NCBI GenBank assembly: GCA_937952415.1
Contig: CALFYT010000069.1
Span: 439 to 64,438, forward strand
Origin: an uncultured Planctomycetaceae bacterium
GTDB taxonomy: Bacteria; Planctomycetota; Planctomycetia; Pirellulales; PALSA-1355
Direction of reading: 5' to 3'
DNA: 64,000 bases
The translations under genes were made by a program, and so were the position numbers. Positions 17,127 through 26,677 of this stretch are shown piece after piece (position 1 is the first letter of the stretch; every line of letters starts with the position of its first letter). Under the pieces are notes generated by a model. It searched no databases. It saw only the letters and a list, made by a program, of their open reading frames with translations, and was not told the DNA's origin.

Positions 17127-17591
17127 ATGAGCGCTGAGCAACGACTGACTGAATTGGGGCTCGAACTTCCGCCCGCGCCCAAGCCCGCCGGTGTCTACAA
17201 GCCGGTAGTCGTGGCCGACAACATGGCGTACGTGTCCGGGCATGGACCGCTATTGCCCGACGGTAGCATGCTGACCGGCCGCGTGGGTGCAGACACCGAT
17301 TTGCACGGCGGCGAACGTTCGGCGCGACAGACTGGATTGGCCATTTTGGCCACGTTGCGGGCGAATCTGGGCAGCTTGGATCGCGTGGTCCGCGTCGTGA
17401 AGCTTTTGGGCATGGTCAACTGCACGCCTGATTTCACGGCCCATCCGCAAGTGATCAACGGGTGTAGTGAGCTGTTTCGCGACGTGTGGGGCGAGGATCA
17501 TGGCGTCGGGGCACGCAGCGCCGTCGGTATGGGCTCATTGCCCGGCAACATCACGACAGAGATCGAAGTAATCTTCGAGGTGAAGCCGTAG
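17127..17591 (+). CDS. RidA/YjgF-family deaminase-like protein
   Basis: ORF 16986..17591. The ATG at 17127 is preceded by AAGGAG (17113-17118). MSAEQRLTELGLELPPAPKPAGVYKPVV..AYVSGHGP.. and ..RSAVGMGSLPGNITTEIEVIFEV match the RutC/YjgF family. Confidence 0.88.
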   Translation: MSAEQRLTELGLELPPAPKPAGVYKPVVVADNMAYVSGHGPLLPDGSMLTGRVGADTDLHGGERSARQTGLAILATLRANLGSLDRVVRVVKLLGMVNCTPDFTAHPQVINGCSELFRDVWGEDHGVGARSAVGMGSLPGNITTEIEVIFEVKP

Positions 17592-17661
17592 GCGGCACGG
17601 ACGCGCCGGCTTTTCGGGCCAGCGGAACGCGAGCGAACCGGCGGACGCGCGTTAGTCGCCG

Positions 17662-18282
17662 CTACAGATCGCCGTCGCCGCTGATCAGATGGTGCAAGTG
17701 CGCCGTATCGTTCAGCGCGTGCACTTTAACTTCGCCGCCCCAGTCAAGCCGGCTGATTGACCCGTTCGAGAAAGAGAACGGATTGTGCTGAGCCGGGATG
17801 TCGAGCAGGCTTTTCAAGGCCGCCGATAGCGAGCCGCCGTGCGCGACGACGACCACCAGGCGATAGTCGGTCGCACGGATGGCGCGAAAAGCTGCGCCGG
17901 TGCGCTGCATCAGGTCGCGCCGCGATTCTCCTTCGGGAATGCGATAGTCGGGGTTCGCCGCGCGCCATTGGGCGGCCGCCTCGGGATAGTGCTGGCCGAT
18001 TTCATCCCATGTGTGCCCTTGGAAGATCCCCGCATTGATTTCCATCAGCCGTGGATCGGTCTGGATTTCAAGCTTCAACACGTTGGCCAGATAACGGGCC
18101 GATTCGACGGCTCGTGACAACGGGCTGGCCACGATGGCGTCGACGTCCGTGTTCGCTAGCGCGCTAGCGACCGCCTGGCACTGCCGCTTGCCGAGCGGCG
18201 AAAGGTGGCTGTCGGACTGGCCCTGGATCCGACCTTCCAAGTTGTATTGGGTTTCGCCGTGACGTACGCAGATTAGTTTCAT
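17662..18282 (-). CDS. Histidine phosphatase (phosphoglycerate-mutase-like) family protein
   Basis: ORF 17662..18363. The ATG at 18282 gives MKLICVRHGETQYNLEGRIQG (RHGE catalytic motif), SPLSRAVESA, and VVVAHGGSL (second catalytic His). Confidence 0.9.
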   Translation of the reverse strand: MKLICVRHGETQYNLEGRIQGQSDSHLSPLGKRQCQAVASALANTDVDAIVASPLSRAVESARYLANVLKLEIQTDPRLMEINAGIFQGHTWDEIGQHYPEAAAQWRAANPDYRIPEGESRRDLMQRTGAAFRAIRATDYRLVVVVAHGGSLSAALKSLLDIPAQHNPFSFSNGSISRLDWGGEVKVHALNDTAHLHHLISGDGDL

Positions 18283-18375
18283 CGTGCCCTCAAGTTGCAA
18301 CGACGAAACTAACAGGCATGACTCCGTTGGGCAACCGCCCGCAGTACGAGCGATTCGTGGCACGCGGCGTGCCCG

Positions 18376-19851
18376 CTAGCGCAACACGCGATCGGTCGGT
18401 TCGGTCGATGAGCTGGACCACCGCACGCCGCCGGCGGGAAGGGCCCGCTGCCGGCCGGAGGCCGGCTGCCGCGCTGCCGGAACTTGCAACGAGGTCAAAT
18501 GCCGCGCACTCTGTGCTTCGCGATCCGCCGCCAATTGGCGAAGGAACTCCGGAGAGGCCCGATCGAGGCGAATGACTTCGCTCGGAGCGTTTGTGTCGTC
18601 CAGCGATCGGACAATGCAAATCACTTCCGCGCCGTCGCCCTGGCCGCGCAGCTCGGCCAGCGTGGCTTGCTCGCGGGCCGTCATCAGCGCGGCGTTTGCG
18701 GTGGCGTGAGCCATCGATTCCGCTTCCGACGTTTCGGGCATCGCCACCAAGACGGAGGGCGACGGACGCGCCGCGTAGACCGCAGTTAGTCCGGACCCAT
18801 CGAGGTGGCTATGAATCGACTCCAATGCGGCGTACAGACCTTCGTTGTCGGCCGGATCGGCCGCGTTACAAACGCCGATGACGTGGCCGTCGGTCGTGAA
18901 TAGTCCGCCACCACTGCGCCCCTCGACCGGCAATCCGGCCACTTGCAGATTAGGCGGGCCCAGGAACTTGTTCTTCGAATTGATCTGGCTGTCGATGGCC
19001 GTCGGCGGACCACCGTTGTTGCAACCCACCGTAATTACCGCGTCGCCTTGGGCGATCGCGCGGCCCTTGGGCGCCACGGGCGCCACGTGAACCGGCACGC
19101 CTGGACGAATGCTGACCAGCCCGAGGTCGCGCTTCAGGTCATAGCCGACCAACCGGCCGGGCAACTGCTTGGGATCGTCTGGGCCGAGCATGTCGACCAG
19201 GATCGTTCCTTTGCCCTGCGATTCGCGAAAGATGTGGCCGCAGGTCAAAATCAGGGCTTCGCCCTGCCGTGCGTCGATCAACGTGCCGGTGCCGTACGAG
19301 GAACCGGTGGCGTCTTCGATCTTTAGCCGCACGCTGGCCCGGACCAATTGTTGCCGGGTGGTCGATTGTCCGCCGTTGGGTGCCGGGTTGTCGTAAGCGC
19401 TCGGGCCGGTCGGTTCGTGGGAAGGGCTCGGTAGAACGGCGGTTGCGGGTTCGTTGTGGGCCGTTTCGATCGTGCGCGTGCTGCCCGGGGTATAGGAGTC
19501 GGGCGATTGAGCGCGGGCAATGCTCGAAGACCGGCCGTGTGGTTCGACTCCGGCGTTTTTGAACATCGCCACGAGCCGGTTCCGCCGCACCGCGCCAGTG
19601 ACGCGCGAAACTTCGCGCCCGTCAACCAGCAGCACGAAACTAGGAACCGATTGCACGTTGAAGCGGTCGGCCAAGGCCCGCTCGTGATCGATGTCTACCT
19701 TGCGCACCGGGTAGCCGGCACGCTGGAGCTGGGCGACAGTGCCTTCCATGGCGCGGCACGGCGCGCACCACGTAGCCTGAAAATCCAAGAGCACGGTATC
19801 ACTTGGTCCGGAGACAGCAAGGACCAAAGCGGCAATCTGCACTGAGACCAT
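18376..19851 (-). CDS. Thioredoxin domain fused to a trypsin-like (S1) serine protease domain
   Basis: 491-aa ORF with ATG at 19851. WCAPC redox motif (nt 19756-19770). The downstream protease domain has candidate triad residues H205 (LTCGHIF), D242 (KRDLGLV) and S313 (GRSGGGLF). About 140 aa at the C-terminus are unassigned. Confidence 0.85.
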   Translation of the reverse strand: MVSVQIAALVLAVSGPSDTVLLDFQATWCAPCRAMEGTVAQLQRAGYPVRKVDIDHERALADRFNVQSVPSFVLLVDGREVSRVTGAVRRNRLVAMFKNAGVEPHGRSSSIARAQSPDSYTPGSTRTIETAHNEPATAVLPSPSHEPTGPSAYDNPAPNGGQSTTRQQLVRASVRLKIEDATGSSYGTGTLIDARQGEALILTCGHIFRESQGKGTILVDMLGPDDPKQLPGRLVGYDLKRDLGLVSIRPGVPVHVAPVAPKGRAIAQGDAVITVGCNNGGPPTAIDSQINSKNKFLGPPNLQVAGLPVEGRSGGGLFTTDGHVIGVCNAADPADNEGLYAALESIHSHLDGSGLTAVYAARPSPSVLVAMPETSEAESMAHATANAALMTAREQATLAELRGQGDGAEVICIVRSLDDTNAPSEVIRLDRASPEFLRQLAADREAQSARHLTSLQVPAARQPASGRQRALPAGGVRWSSSSTEPTDRVLR

Positions 19852-20481
19852 CGTTTCCCTCCCTGGAAAGAGTTGGTCTGTCGTACGGACGAATCAGTTT
19901 TTGATCGTGCGCGTCGTTCGCCGGCGAATCACTCCGAGGACTTTGGCCGTCGGGCCATGTCGGTCGTTGAAGGCTCGCCCTTCGGAGTTGCTACGCGCTC
20001 AACGCCAAGCCAGCACCCGCTTGTCGTCGCCGCGGGCCGGACATCTTGTCTGGCCCGACAGGTTCGCTAGCGCGGCACGACGATTTTCGCCCGCCACCGA
20101 ACCCCGACGCTTGGCTTGGTCCTGGCAAAAGTGCAACATCTTGGTCCATCCTTCCAAAACTTACAATCGCAATTCCGTCCGTGGCGACCCGAGGGCAGAG
20201 CAGGGCGGCGCGTCGCAAGTCGTGGCAGTTCGGCCTGTTAGTTGCCGAAGGCGGGGCATTGTGCCCTCCCGCATCCGGCGATCATGCGATACCAAGCACC
20301 TGCCGTGCCAGATGACGGCGAAATTGCCTGGGAACGATCCGAAAGGACCGCATGCGTTCAACCGCTATCATTGAAGATGGCGGCGGCCGAGTGTGTCCGT
20401 CGCGCCCCTTGAGGCGGCATGCCACCCCGCGATAGGCTCAAGGTTTGCGGACCCGATTTCTTGCAACCAAGGCTGATTCCA

Positions 20482-21441
20482 ATGCGACCTTCCTACGGAT
20501 GGCCGATCACGCTAGCAGTTGTGATGATCGTTCTGGTCGTCACGCTGATTGTGGGCTGGATCATCCTGACGGTTCGCGAGATCGACCGCTCGGGCGTTTT
20601 TTGGGTCCTGCTGTTCGTAGGCACGATCTTCCTGCTGCTGGTGCTCGTCGGCGTGGTGCTCTATCTGCTGATATCGATCAAGGGAATTCGGCTCAACCAG
20701 CGTCAGTCGAATTTTATCGATAGCGTCACGCACGAGCTCAAGTCACCGATCGCCTCGCTCAAGCTGTATTTGCAAACCCTTTCGCGCCGCACAGTGACCG
20801 ACGAACAACGGGCCGGCTTCTATCGTTTCATGTTGGAAGACGTTGAGCGGCTCGACACGCTGATCAATCACACACTCGACGCGGCCCGGCTGGATCAACA
20901 ACCGGTCGAAACGGACATGGTCGACGTCGAGTTATCGAGTCTGCTGCGCAGTTGTTCCGAGACACTTTGCCTGCGCTACCATCTGCCGGCCGATACGGTG
21001 CGGCTCGACTTGGAGCCAGCGATTTTGCACGCTCGGACGATCGACATCGAGATGGTCTTCCGCAACTTGATCGATAACGCAATCAAGTACGGCGGCACCG
21101 AACCGATCGTGGAAGTCGAATCGCGGATGGTCGATGAGAATAGGGTGATGACGCGGATTGTTGACAATGGGCGCGGAATACCGCCCAATTTGAGGCGCAA
21201 GGTGTTCGGACGCTTTGTGCGGTTGGGCCACGAACTCGAGCGGTCGCAATCGGGAACTGGATTGGGATTGTTCATCGTGCGCACGTTGGTGAGACGATTG
21301 CACGGAAAGATCACCGTGCGCGATCGGGGTAACCACACCGGTACGGTGTTCGAGGTGCAGCTCCCGGCGCGACGCGGCGAGAAGTCTCTGCAGCCAGATC
21401 AGTCGACCCCGGCGGCCGACCCGGAAGACGCATTTCGCTAA
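20482..21441 (+). CDS. Sensor histidine kinase (two closely spaced TM helices, no periplasmic domain)
   Basis: ORF 20419..21441. The start is either ATG 20419 or ATG 20482 (MRPSYGWPITLAVV). H-box SVTHELKSPIASL, N-box FRNLIDNAIKYG, G-boxes DNGRGIP and GTGLGLFIV. Confidence 0.9.
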   Translation: MRPSYGWPITLAVVMIVLVVTLIVGWIILTVREIDRSGVFWVLLFVGTIFLLLVLVGVVLYLLISIKGIRLNQRQSNFIDSVTHELKSPIASLKLYLQTLSRRTVTDEQRAGFYRFMLEDVERLDTLINHTLDAARLDQQPVETDMVDVELSSLLRSCSETLCLRYHLPADTVRLDLEPAILHARTIDIEMVFRNLIDNAIKYGGTEPIVEVESRMVDENRVMTRIVDNGRGIPPNLRRKVFGRFVRLGHELERSQSGTGLGLFIVRTLVRRLHGKITVRDRGNHTGTVFEVQLPARRGEKSLQPDQSTPAADPEDAFR

Positions 21442-21511
21442 CCTTTGTACCGAGCCGGCATGATGTCATGGCGCACGCGTGTTCGATGTTCGTATCCGGT
21501 GAGTCGATTGG

Positions 21512-22228
21512 ATGAAGCACATTCTGGTCGTTGAAGACGAGCAGCATCTAGCCTTCGGCATCAAGTACAACTTGGAAGCCGAAGGATACGACGTGACCAC
21601 CGCCGACGACGGTCCCTCGGCGCTGCGGCTGATCGAGGAAAGCCCTCACGAAACGGACCTGGTAATTCTCGATCTGATGTTGCCGGGCATGAGCGGGTAT
21701 GCCGTGTGCGAATCGTTGCGCCAAAAGGGCAACGACGTGCCTGTGCTGATGCTCAGCGCCCGCACGCTGGTCGAGGATCGGATTCGCGGCTACGACGTGG
21801 GCGCCGATCAGTACCTGCAAAAACCGTTCGAGTTGGAAGAGCTGCTGAGCATGACGCGAAATCTGCTCGCCCGCCGCGCGAAGTCGGCATCGGCCACCGG
21901 CGGAAAGTCGATTGGGTCCGAATTCGAGTTCGGTCGAGCCCACGTCAACTTCGACACGTTCGACGTCACCGTCGCCGACGAGCGCGTCCGGCTGACCCAC
22001 ACCGAGATGAAACTCTTGCGCTACTTCGTCGAGAACGAAGGTGTGGTGGTAACACGGGCAGAGCTGCTGGAAAACGTGTGGGACATGTCCCACATTCCTA
22101 CGACCCGCACGGTCGACAACTTCATCGTCAACCTGCGAAAATACTTCGAGGAAGATCCAGCTAACCCGAAGCACTTTCTCAGCGTGCGGGGTGCCGGTTA
22201 CCGATTCGTCGCCGCCGGCGAGTCGTGA
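21512..22228 (+). CDS. OmpR/PhoB-family response regulator
   Basis: 238-aa ORF. Receiver domain (MKHILVVEDE.., DLVILDLMLPGMSG, LSAR, KPF). Winged-helix domain (LTHTEMKLLRYFVENEGVVVTRAELLENVW..TRTVDNFIVNLRKYFE..VRGAGYRF). Confidence 0.93.
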   Translation: MKHILVVEDEQHLAFGIKYNLEAEGYDVTTADDGPSALRLIEESPHETDLVILDLMLPGMSGYAVCESLRQKGNDVPVLMLSARTLVEDRIRGYDVGADQYLQKPFELEELLSMTRNLLARRAKSASATGGKSIGSEFEFGRAHVNFDTFDVTVADERVRLTHTEMKLLRYFVENEGVVVTRAELLENVWDMSHIPTTRTVDNFIVNLRKYFEEDPANPKHFLSVRGAGYRFVAAGES

Positions 22229-22254
22229 GACGACGGGATCGTTTGGCTTGCGAC

Positions 22255-25146
22255 TTACGGCTTGACCAACGTGAAATCTTCGGCCGTCGTGCCGAGATAG
22301 ATGTGGTCGAACAACGCATGCTCGCCATCGACCGGAGACAACGCCATGCCGGTCAACGTGAATTCTCCAAAGTCGGCGAACAAATCGCGCGTGACGACGG
22401 TAAACTCACCAGGCAATGCTTCATCGACCGCGACCGAAGCGCCGTAGCACTGGCCCGCCGGACCGGCATGGTAGCGGAAACTGGCCTTGCCGTCCCCTTC
22501 GGGACCGAACTTGCCGTCGTGACTTAGCTGCAAACAGATTGCCTCGCCGCCGTGCTTCTTCCAAGCAAAGCGGATGAATCGATACTCACCCGGCGCGGGG
22601 AACTCGCGAATCTTGACGCTCAGGTTCGGGATCGTCGGGTTGAAGCGTTGATCAGGCGTCACTTTGATGCTGGCCAGGCCCGAGTACTTTTCGTCGGCGA
22701 CGATGCTTGCTTTGCCGCCGCCCTCGGTCAAGGCGGCAAGAAACTCAACATGGTCTTCGAACACCGCCCGGGGTTGCTCCGGGGGCGGTTTTTCGCCAGG
22801 CACCACGTTGAGTAACAGCGGCACTGGCTGACTGCGGACAACCGACTTGGCGTTTTTCGGGTCGAGCTGGCTGGTGGCTACCAGCCGTACGTTGTCAAGT
22901 TTGCCCTCCGGCGCACCGTAACGCACAGCCAGGGGAAACTCGAATTCGGATTGGTCGGCCGGCACCTCGAACGTTACCGGCTTGCTCCCCTTGGGAAGCC
23001 CGCTGACACGCAGAATCACCGGTTTGTCGAAGCCTGCCGCGCGGACGACTTTGCCGGCGACCTTTCCCGTGTCGCCCAGGCCGGCTCGGGCTTCGATCGG
23101 GTCGGTCGCCGCCAGTTGGATGGACATTGGAGCCGCCGCCAGTAGGCGCCGCGCGGGAGTCACGGCGGATTGTATGACCTGCTTTCCATCGGCGCCCAGC
23201 AGCTCTGCGCGAATCGCCACGTCGTACGCGAGCCGGGGCAGATCCGATGGCACCAGGACTTGGGCCTCGATCTCATTTTGATCTGCGGCAATCGTCGGCG
23301 TGTCGGCCAACCGGATGCTGCGCTCCACGTCGTCGACTTCCTGTTCCTGGTTGTTCACTTTCACTTTCTTGCGCGGCATCACCTGTGACGTGAGCAATTG
23401 CAACCGAACCGAGCCGCTGGTGCCCTCCGCGCGAGCGACGCTTAGTTTGATTGGCAACGCAGTGCCGACCGATAGCCGAGTTTCGGAGCCAAACGGCTCC
23501 CAGGCTAGCGCAAGGGGGCTGGGGTTGGTCACGGCGACGGCAACTTCGTCCTCGAACCAGGGCAAGTGCTCAACCGCGCCGCTGACCGGCGGCGCGGCCA
23601 TCCGCGTAATCGGCGGATCGGCCTGCACACTGGTGCCAAGAATGGTCGCCAGCGATTGTCTGGGGTGCAGCCCGGGCGCCGTCAACGTTACCAGTGCCTG
23701 GGAGGCGCGGGCTGGGATTTCGGCGCCGTCGATCCCGACGCCTTCGGGCAAGTTCAAAAACGCGAGCTTGATCGGACCGTTGTAGCCGGACCGTTGTACG
23801 CGAACGCGCGCAAGCGCTGCGCCGTCTTTGGGAATCAGCAGCCGGTCCGATTCCAAGGATAAGGAAAAATCCGGCTGTCCGAGCGGCGTGATCCCGATGC
23901 GGTAGACGAAGTCCGGGCCGCCACGACCTTGCAGATCGCGCAGCGCCACAATTAGCGTGTCGGTGTCCTTGGGCACGGTGTAATCCAGGCCTGGATCGCG
24001 CGTCTCGCGACGGTCGTCGCTGGCGGCCAATTCGGCGCCGGAGGCGTTCTGAATGGATAGCACGCCGTCCACCGGAGATCCCGCACGGTTGGCCAACACG
24101 TCGAAACGCAGCTTCGCGCCGGGCGAAACCGTCAGACGATAGCGGTCTTGCTCACCGGCTTTTGCTAGCCGGCCGTTGATCGCTACGGGCGCCGCGGCAA
24201 GTTGTTGCGGCTCGCCGCCGGCGTCTTCTTCGACCAATTCGGCATGGCTGCTGACGATGATCTGGGGTTGGGCCCCTGTGAGCGGAAGCACATCTGCCGG
24301 CCACGGCGCGGGACGGATGATTCGCTGTCGGCCATCGGGAATCGACCATTTGACCGACGCGCGGGCCGATTCGGCCAAACTACCGCGCGGGAACTCGAAC
24401 GCGGCCTCTTTGTCCTGCTGGACGGCCAGGGGAAACGCTACGTCGGCAAACTGAAGGTCGCCCACTTTGAGCCGGAAGTAGCCCGGATCAGCCCCACGAT
24501 ACAGGGCGTCGTGTACTTCGATCGAATACGTACCATCGGCCGGCAACGTTGTCACAAGGCGGGCGTCGCCGGCCAGCGACGACTGACCCTGCGCCCAGGC
24601 TGTCGGCACGTTGCGTGGATCGTACAGACGAACAATAGGGTTGAGTTTCGCGCCTAAGCGCCGGCTTTCGACTTCGCAGACAACGCGCTGTCCTTTCTTG
24701 CCGCTGAACAACGTTTTCAAGACGGAGTCACCGCGCAGCTCGCCCGACATGGCCACGTCGGTGGCGACCAGCTCCGGTGCGAACGGGATCTGCGCCAGGT
24801 GGTCGACGCCTACCGCGACAGGTGTTGAAATGCCGCTGGCTGACGCAACCCGCAGCAGATAGATTCCCGGAGGCGTCTTGCCATCGAGCGCGAAGGTGAC
24901 TTCCAGGCGCTTGTCGGTGGCACCCGGGACAATCGTGTGCTTCGCTCCTGGAGCAGCAAACCAGATCCGCGGCTCGGGCAGCAGCTCGCGCCCCTCGATC
25001 ACCAGCGTCGTAACTCCGCCGGCTTGCAGCCCGCGGAGCGAGAGTTTGTCGATCGTCGGCGCCGCGTACGCGAGGTGCGCTGTCGCGGCGAGCAGCATCA
25101 CGCAAACGCCCAGCCAACAGATCATGCGAGGCAAACGAGACGACAT
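22255..25146 (-). CDS. Large secreted protein with repeated beta-sandwich-like domains (unknown function)
   Basis: 963-aa ORF with ATG at 25146. Signal peptide MSSRLPRMICWLGVCVMLLAATAHLAYA. Contains a segment like a pre-peptidase C-terminal domain (GDSVLKTLFSGKKGQRVVCEV..DGTYSIEVHDALYRG). No catalytic motif recognised. Confidence 0.8.
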   Translation of the reverse strand: MSSRLPRMICWLGVCVMLLAATAHLAYAAPTIDKLSLRGLQAGGVTTLVIEGRELLPEPRIWFAAPGAKHTIVPGATDKRLEVTFALDGKTPPGIYLLRVASASGISTPVAVGVDHLAQIPFAPELVATDVAMSGELRGDSVLKTLFSGKKGQRVVCEVESRRLGAKLNPIVRLYDPRNVPTAWAQGQSSLAGDARLVTTLPADGTYSIEVHDALYRGADPGYFRLKVGDLQFADVAFPLAVQQDKEAAFEFPRGSLAESARASVKWSIPDGRQRIIRPAPWPADVLPLTGAQPQIIVSSHAELVEEDAGGEPQQLAAAPVAINGRLAKAGEQDRYRLTVSPGAKLRFDVLANRAGSPVDGVLSIQNASGAELAASDDRRETRDPGLDYTVPKDTDTLIVALRDLQGRGGPDFVYRIGITPLGQPDFSLSLESDRLLIPKDGAALARVRVQRSGYNGPIKLAFLNLPEGVGIDGAEIPARASQALVTLTAPGLHPRQSLATILGTSVQADPPITRMAAPPVSGAVEHLPWFEDEVAVAVTNPSPLALAWEPFGSETRLSVGTALPIKLSVARAEGTSGSVRLQLLTSQVMPRKKVKVNNQEQEVDDVERSIRLADTPTIAADQNEIEAQVLVPSDLPRLAYDVAIRAELLGADGKQVIQSAVTPARRLLAAAPMSIQLAATDPIEARAGLGDTGKVAGKVVRAAGFDKPVILRVSGLPKGSKPVTFEVPADQSEFEFPLAVRYGAPEGKLDNVRLVATSQLDPKNAKSVVRSQPVPLLLNVVPGEKPPPEQPRAVFEDHVEFLAALTEGGGKASIVADEKYSGLASIKVTPDQRFNPTIPNLSVKIREFPAPGEYRFIRFAWKKHGGEAICLQLSHDGKFGPEGDGKASFRYHAGPAGQCYGASVAVDEALPGEFTVVTRDLFADFGEFTLTGMALSPVDGEHALFDHIYLGTTAEDFTLVKP

Positions 25147-25427
25147 GGCGGATCTTCCTTCGCGGCTGGTGGCACGGTTCGGTTGGAACGCATCAGGCGG
25201 GCGACACTCGGCCGAAGCGCGGCATCAGGCTGCAGCGCTCGGCACGTACGTCGTGTGGGTTGCCGTGCCACCGCGTGGGCGGGTGGCAACGATCGTGTTT
25301 TGAATCAGGCCGGTGACCCCGACCGCCGTCCGGCAACGCTGGCTGGGTGCATCCTTCGCTGCCACTCGGGTCCGCCGTGTAACCTCGATGAGGGCGACGG
25401 ATCACAAGGGACCGCCACGTCACCTGA

Positions 25428-26384
25428 TCACGGGTCGGCAAACGGATCGTCTTCTTCCGGCATTTCAGGTTCGGCGGCCGGTTCAGCACTGTCGGCCGGC
25501 GCAGCACTGTCGGCCGGTTCAAGACTGTCGGCCGGTTCCGCACTTGCGCCATCGTCGCCCGCCGGTGGATCGGCAAACGGATCGTCCTCGGCAGGCAGAT
25601 CGAGAGGATCGTCGGCGGGCATCTCGGCGGCCGGTGGATTCGCGGCCGGCGGTTCGGGTGTGGTGTTAGCCGCAGCGGGCGGTGCCACCGCCGGTTCGTT
25701 TGCCGCAGGCGGCACACTGGTTCCGGCGGGGGCGGCGGCTGGCGCGCCAGCAAACGGATCGGCCGCTGCCGGTGGTTCGGGCATCGGCGCCGGCGGAACC
25801 GCCGGCTGTGCAACAGCGGGAACAGGCACTTCCTTTGCGGGCACATCGGGCGGTGCGGCCGCATTGGGCTGTGCCGGCGCCGGCTCGATCGCGGTCGCGG
25901 GCGCCGCTTGTCCGGCCGGCGCGCGCAATACTTGCTGCTCGCGTCGCCGTAGCTGCTCGTATCGCGCCGCGTCGGCGCGGCGCTGTTCGGCGATCGCCGT
26001 GGCGCGGGCCAACGCACGATACCGTTCGATCTTCATTCGTGTCGAACCTTGAATCCGCTCCAAGGCCTTGCCCACCGGATAGTATTGGTCCGAGTCGCGC
26101 GTCTCCAGTCGGGCGGCAGTTCGAAACTCGTCGTCGCCGCCATACCCAAGACGCGATTTCACCAGGCCAAGATAGTAGTGGGCTCGCGGGTCGCGGCTGC
26201 CGGCGTTGATCGCGGCCTCAAGATCTGACATCGCCTGACTGTAGTCGCCCGAGAAGTAGTGATGGACTCCGCTTCCGTAGAACTCGTCCAACACGGCATC
26301 TTGCGCCGTGGCATTCGTAGCGCTACTGGCCACCAGCAAAAGCAAGCAGCCGCACGTTGCAAGAACCAGTCTGTGGGTCATCAT
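25428..26384 (-). CDS. Secreted protein: TPR-like N-domain plus a long Pro/Ala/Asp-rich tail with DPFA motifs
   Basis: 318-aa ORF. Signal peptide MMTHRLVLATCGCLLLLVASSATNATA. TPR-like helices (GDYSQAMSDLEAAINAGSRDPRAHYYLGLV). The tail has repeated PADS hexapeptides and three DPFA motifs, and ends EEDDPFADP. Confidence 0.75.
   Translation of the reverse strand: MMTHRLVLATCGCLLLLVASSATNATAQDAVLDEFYGSGVHHYFSGDYSQAMSDLEAAINAGSRDPRAHYYLGLVKSRLGYGGDDEFRTAARLETRDSDQYYPVGKALERIQGSTRMKIERYRALARATAIAEQRRADAARYEQLRRREQQVLRAPAGQAAPATAIEPAPAQPNAAAPPDVPAKEVPVPAVAQPAVPPAPMPEPPAAADPFAGAPAAAPAGTSVPPAANEPAVAPPAAANTTPEPPAANPPAAEMPADDPLDLPAEDDPFADPPAGDDGASAEPADSLEPADSAAPADSAEPAAEPEMPEEDDPFADP
25481..25552. repeat. 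In-frame 18-nt tandem repeat (4 units) inside the Pro-rich tail gene
   Basis: cggttcagcactgtcggc / cggcgcagcactgtcggc / cggttcaagactgtcggc / cggttccgcacttgcgcc. On the minus strand these encode (E/A)PADS(A/L) hexapeptides. Confidence 0.8.
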
Positions 26385-26677
26385 GCCAATTTCGCTCTCT
26401 CTGATCGTTACTCGGTCGTTCCGCCACGGGGGCCGAGCGCATTCTGACCACGGCCCAACGCCCCATTATAATTGGAAACGATCGCATCGTAGTCGCGAAA
26501 ATGGGGTAAATCAACCATTTCCACGGCGCGGCCATGCGATGGAAAGCCTGCCTTGCGGGCGCCGTCGAAGGATTGGTAGCGCAGCCGCCGAGATATTTCT
26601 CCAAGGTCCGGCAGCGGTCGATCTGCCCGAGTCGAACGGCCGTGCGGCCAAAGCCGCGTACTTCGATTCCGCCGTGC

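Noticed and set aside
19541-19551. GGTTCGACTCC, a tRNA T-loop-like string. A similar GGTTCGACCC occurs near 4946.
   Set aside because: There are no complementary T-stem, acceptor or anticodon arms around either site, and both lie inside well-supported coding sequence. I could not support any tRNA in the window.
19901-20374. 157-aa ORF in the long intergenic region.
   Set aside because: It has an Arg/Ser/Pro-rich composition, no motif and no ribosome-binding site. I treat the region as non-coding.
25481-25552. Short direct repeats that might suggest a CRISPR-like or satellite array.
   Set aside because: The repeats are contiguous 18-nt in-frame units with no spacers, inside a coding low-complexity tail. 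This is not a CRISPR array.
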